From Octopus sinensis (Eukaryota): a stretch of DNA of 64,000 nt. The position numbers were made by a program, and so were the translations under genes. The DNA is taken from positions 126,418,001-126,482,000 of the forward strand of contig NC_043000.1 in NCBI RefSeq assembly GCF_006345805.1. Reading direction: 5' to 3'. Below, piece by piece: positions 62,801 to 64,000 of this stretch (the first letter of the stretch is position 1; each line of letters begins with the position of its first letter). The notes beneath the pieces are model-generated. The model saw only the letters and a program-made list of their open reading frames with translations. It was not told the DNA's origin and did not search any database.

Positions 62801-64000
62801 TTATCTTTTACTTGTTTCAGTCATTAGGCTGTGGCCATGCTGGAGTCACCTTCTTCATTAAGGGTTTTCACCAGCTATGTCTAGTGCTGCCAGAAACATT
62901 GATTCTGCTGCCAGCATGAAGTAAAATAGCATGGCATTGTCCTAATCGTTCTTGAACCTCAGGACTATCAAAGACATGTTTAACGTCCATTTAGTCAAAT
63001 AAATCAACCCAGTTCTTATTTTTTTTTTGAGGTCAATTGGTCTCTACCAAACCATTTAGTTATGAGGATGGAAACAAACTAACAGTGACTGTCAAGTGAT
63101 GGTGGTGGTGACGGTAAGGTATGTGTAGGTGTGGGTGACAAAGATACACACACTTTCACAGTTTCATCATTATTTAATGTCTGTGTTCCATGCTAACATG
63201 GGTGGGATGGTACCACAAAAGCTGACCAGGCTGAAGTCTGCACCAGACTTCTGTGACTGTTTTGGCAGGATTTTTACAGCTGGATGCCCTTCCTAACACC
63301 ACCCACTCAGCAGAGTGGACTTATTGCTTTTTATGTAAACAGGCAAGGTGAGTAGTGCTTTTTATGTGGCACTAAATTCATTCACAAGGCATTGGTCAGT
63401 CTGGGACTAATAGCTGACAATTGCTCAAGGTGCTGTATAGTGGGACTGAACCCCAAACTATGTGGCTGCAAAGTGTGCTTCTTAACAACACAGCCAAACC
63501 TTTGTACATGCTGTATATAGTCATTGTTATGCTAAATAATGGCTGTAACAGTAATAACTTGATACATTTGTCACATAACACTGATGGTCCAATAATTTAC
63601 ATATCCTAACATTCTATCAGCCACACTATAATTCATCAATTTATGTTAATTAACTGGAGGTTGTTTATATAAAGAGCTTAATTCATCAAAGTTGTTGGAG
63701 TACTGGAATATTTCCAAATGCATCTTGAATGTTTTTAAGGGTAAAAAATTTCTTTGTCTTTGTCTGGTAACCTCTTGCATCAGTATATTTAATCAAACTT
63801 ATTATTTTTACCTCACCTTGACTCAGCTGTTGAGATTTGTCTCAACTTGTTAGTATGTATTGACCATAATGTTATACAGAAAGAAATTTGATATTTAAAT
63901 TGGTTGGTTGTGAAAGGATTTATAAATCACTTTAGTGAGACGACTGAAAATAATATATGTCAAGTAGAGTTGGTAGAGACAGCCTGGCTGTATAATCTCA

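Noticed and set aside
63827-63852. 26-nt micro-exon candidate (good acceptor, gtatgt donor)
   Set aside because: Too short to evaluate; no linking exon or homology evidence inside the window.

Overview
Eukaryotic, AT-rich, microsatellite-dense DNA. Its SINE, LINE and MITE complement matches what is known from octopus genomes, so Octopus sp. is inferred. The window lies inside one + strand gene. By hand I traced 14 phase-consistent internal coding exons (855-929, 5400-5552, 7493-7580, 20193-20304, 23761-23915, 26811-26861, 30111-30175, 30313-30396, 33099-33225, 34643-34755, 36429-36501, 39812-40032, 50187-50261, 53393-53536). They total 1536 nt = 512 codons with no stop and encode WD40 repeats followed by a long acidic Ser/Thr-rich region, resembling WDR87/WDR97-like proteins. 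No start codon or confident terminal exon was found. One intron appears to be GC-AG. Introns are filled with mobile DNA: four tRNA-derived SINE families, two decayed mariners, a maT-like Tc1/mariner, piggyBac-type MITEs, five or six non-autonomous Helitrons, and LINE 3' ends (CR1, RTE, CRE, R4/Dong-like RLE, Penelope-like). Almost all ORFs in the supplied track are microsatellite or repeat artefacts. The most interesting signals are: (i) a cluster of fold-back palindromes carrying hammerhead-ribozyme-like motifs at 15.8-18.1 kb; (ii) RLE LINEs sitting in (TAA)n and (CATA)n microsatellites; (iii) a foldback element whose arms are built from SINE-tail repeats; (iv) two CpG-retaining intronic islands with candidate alternative first exons; (v) a speculative nested antisense gene (signal peptide + TRPDHV repeats). 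All coordinates were counted by hand; repeat boundaries are approximate.
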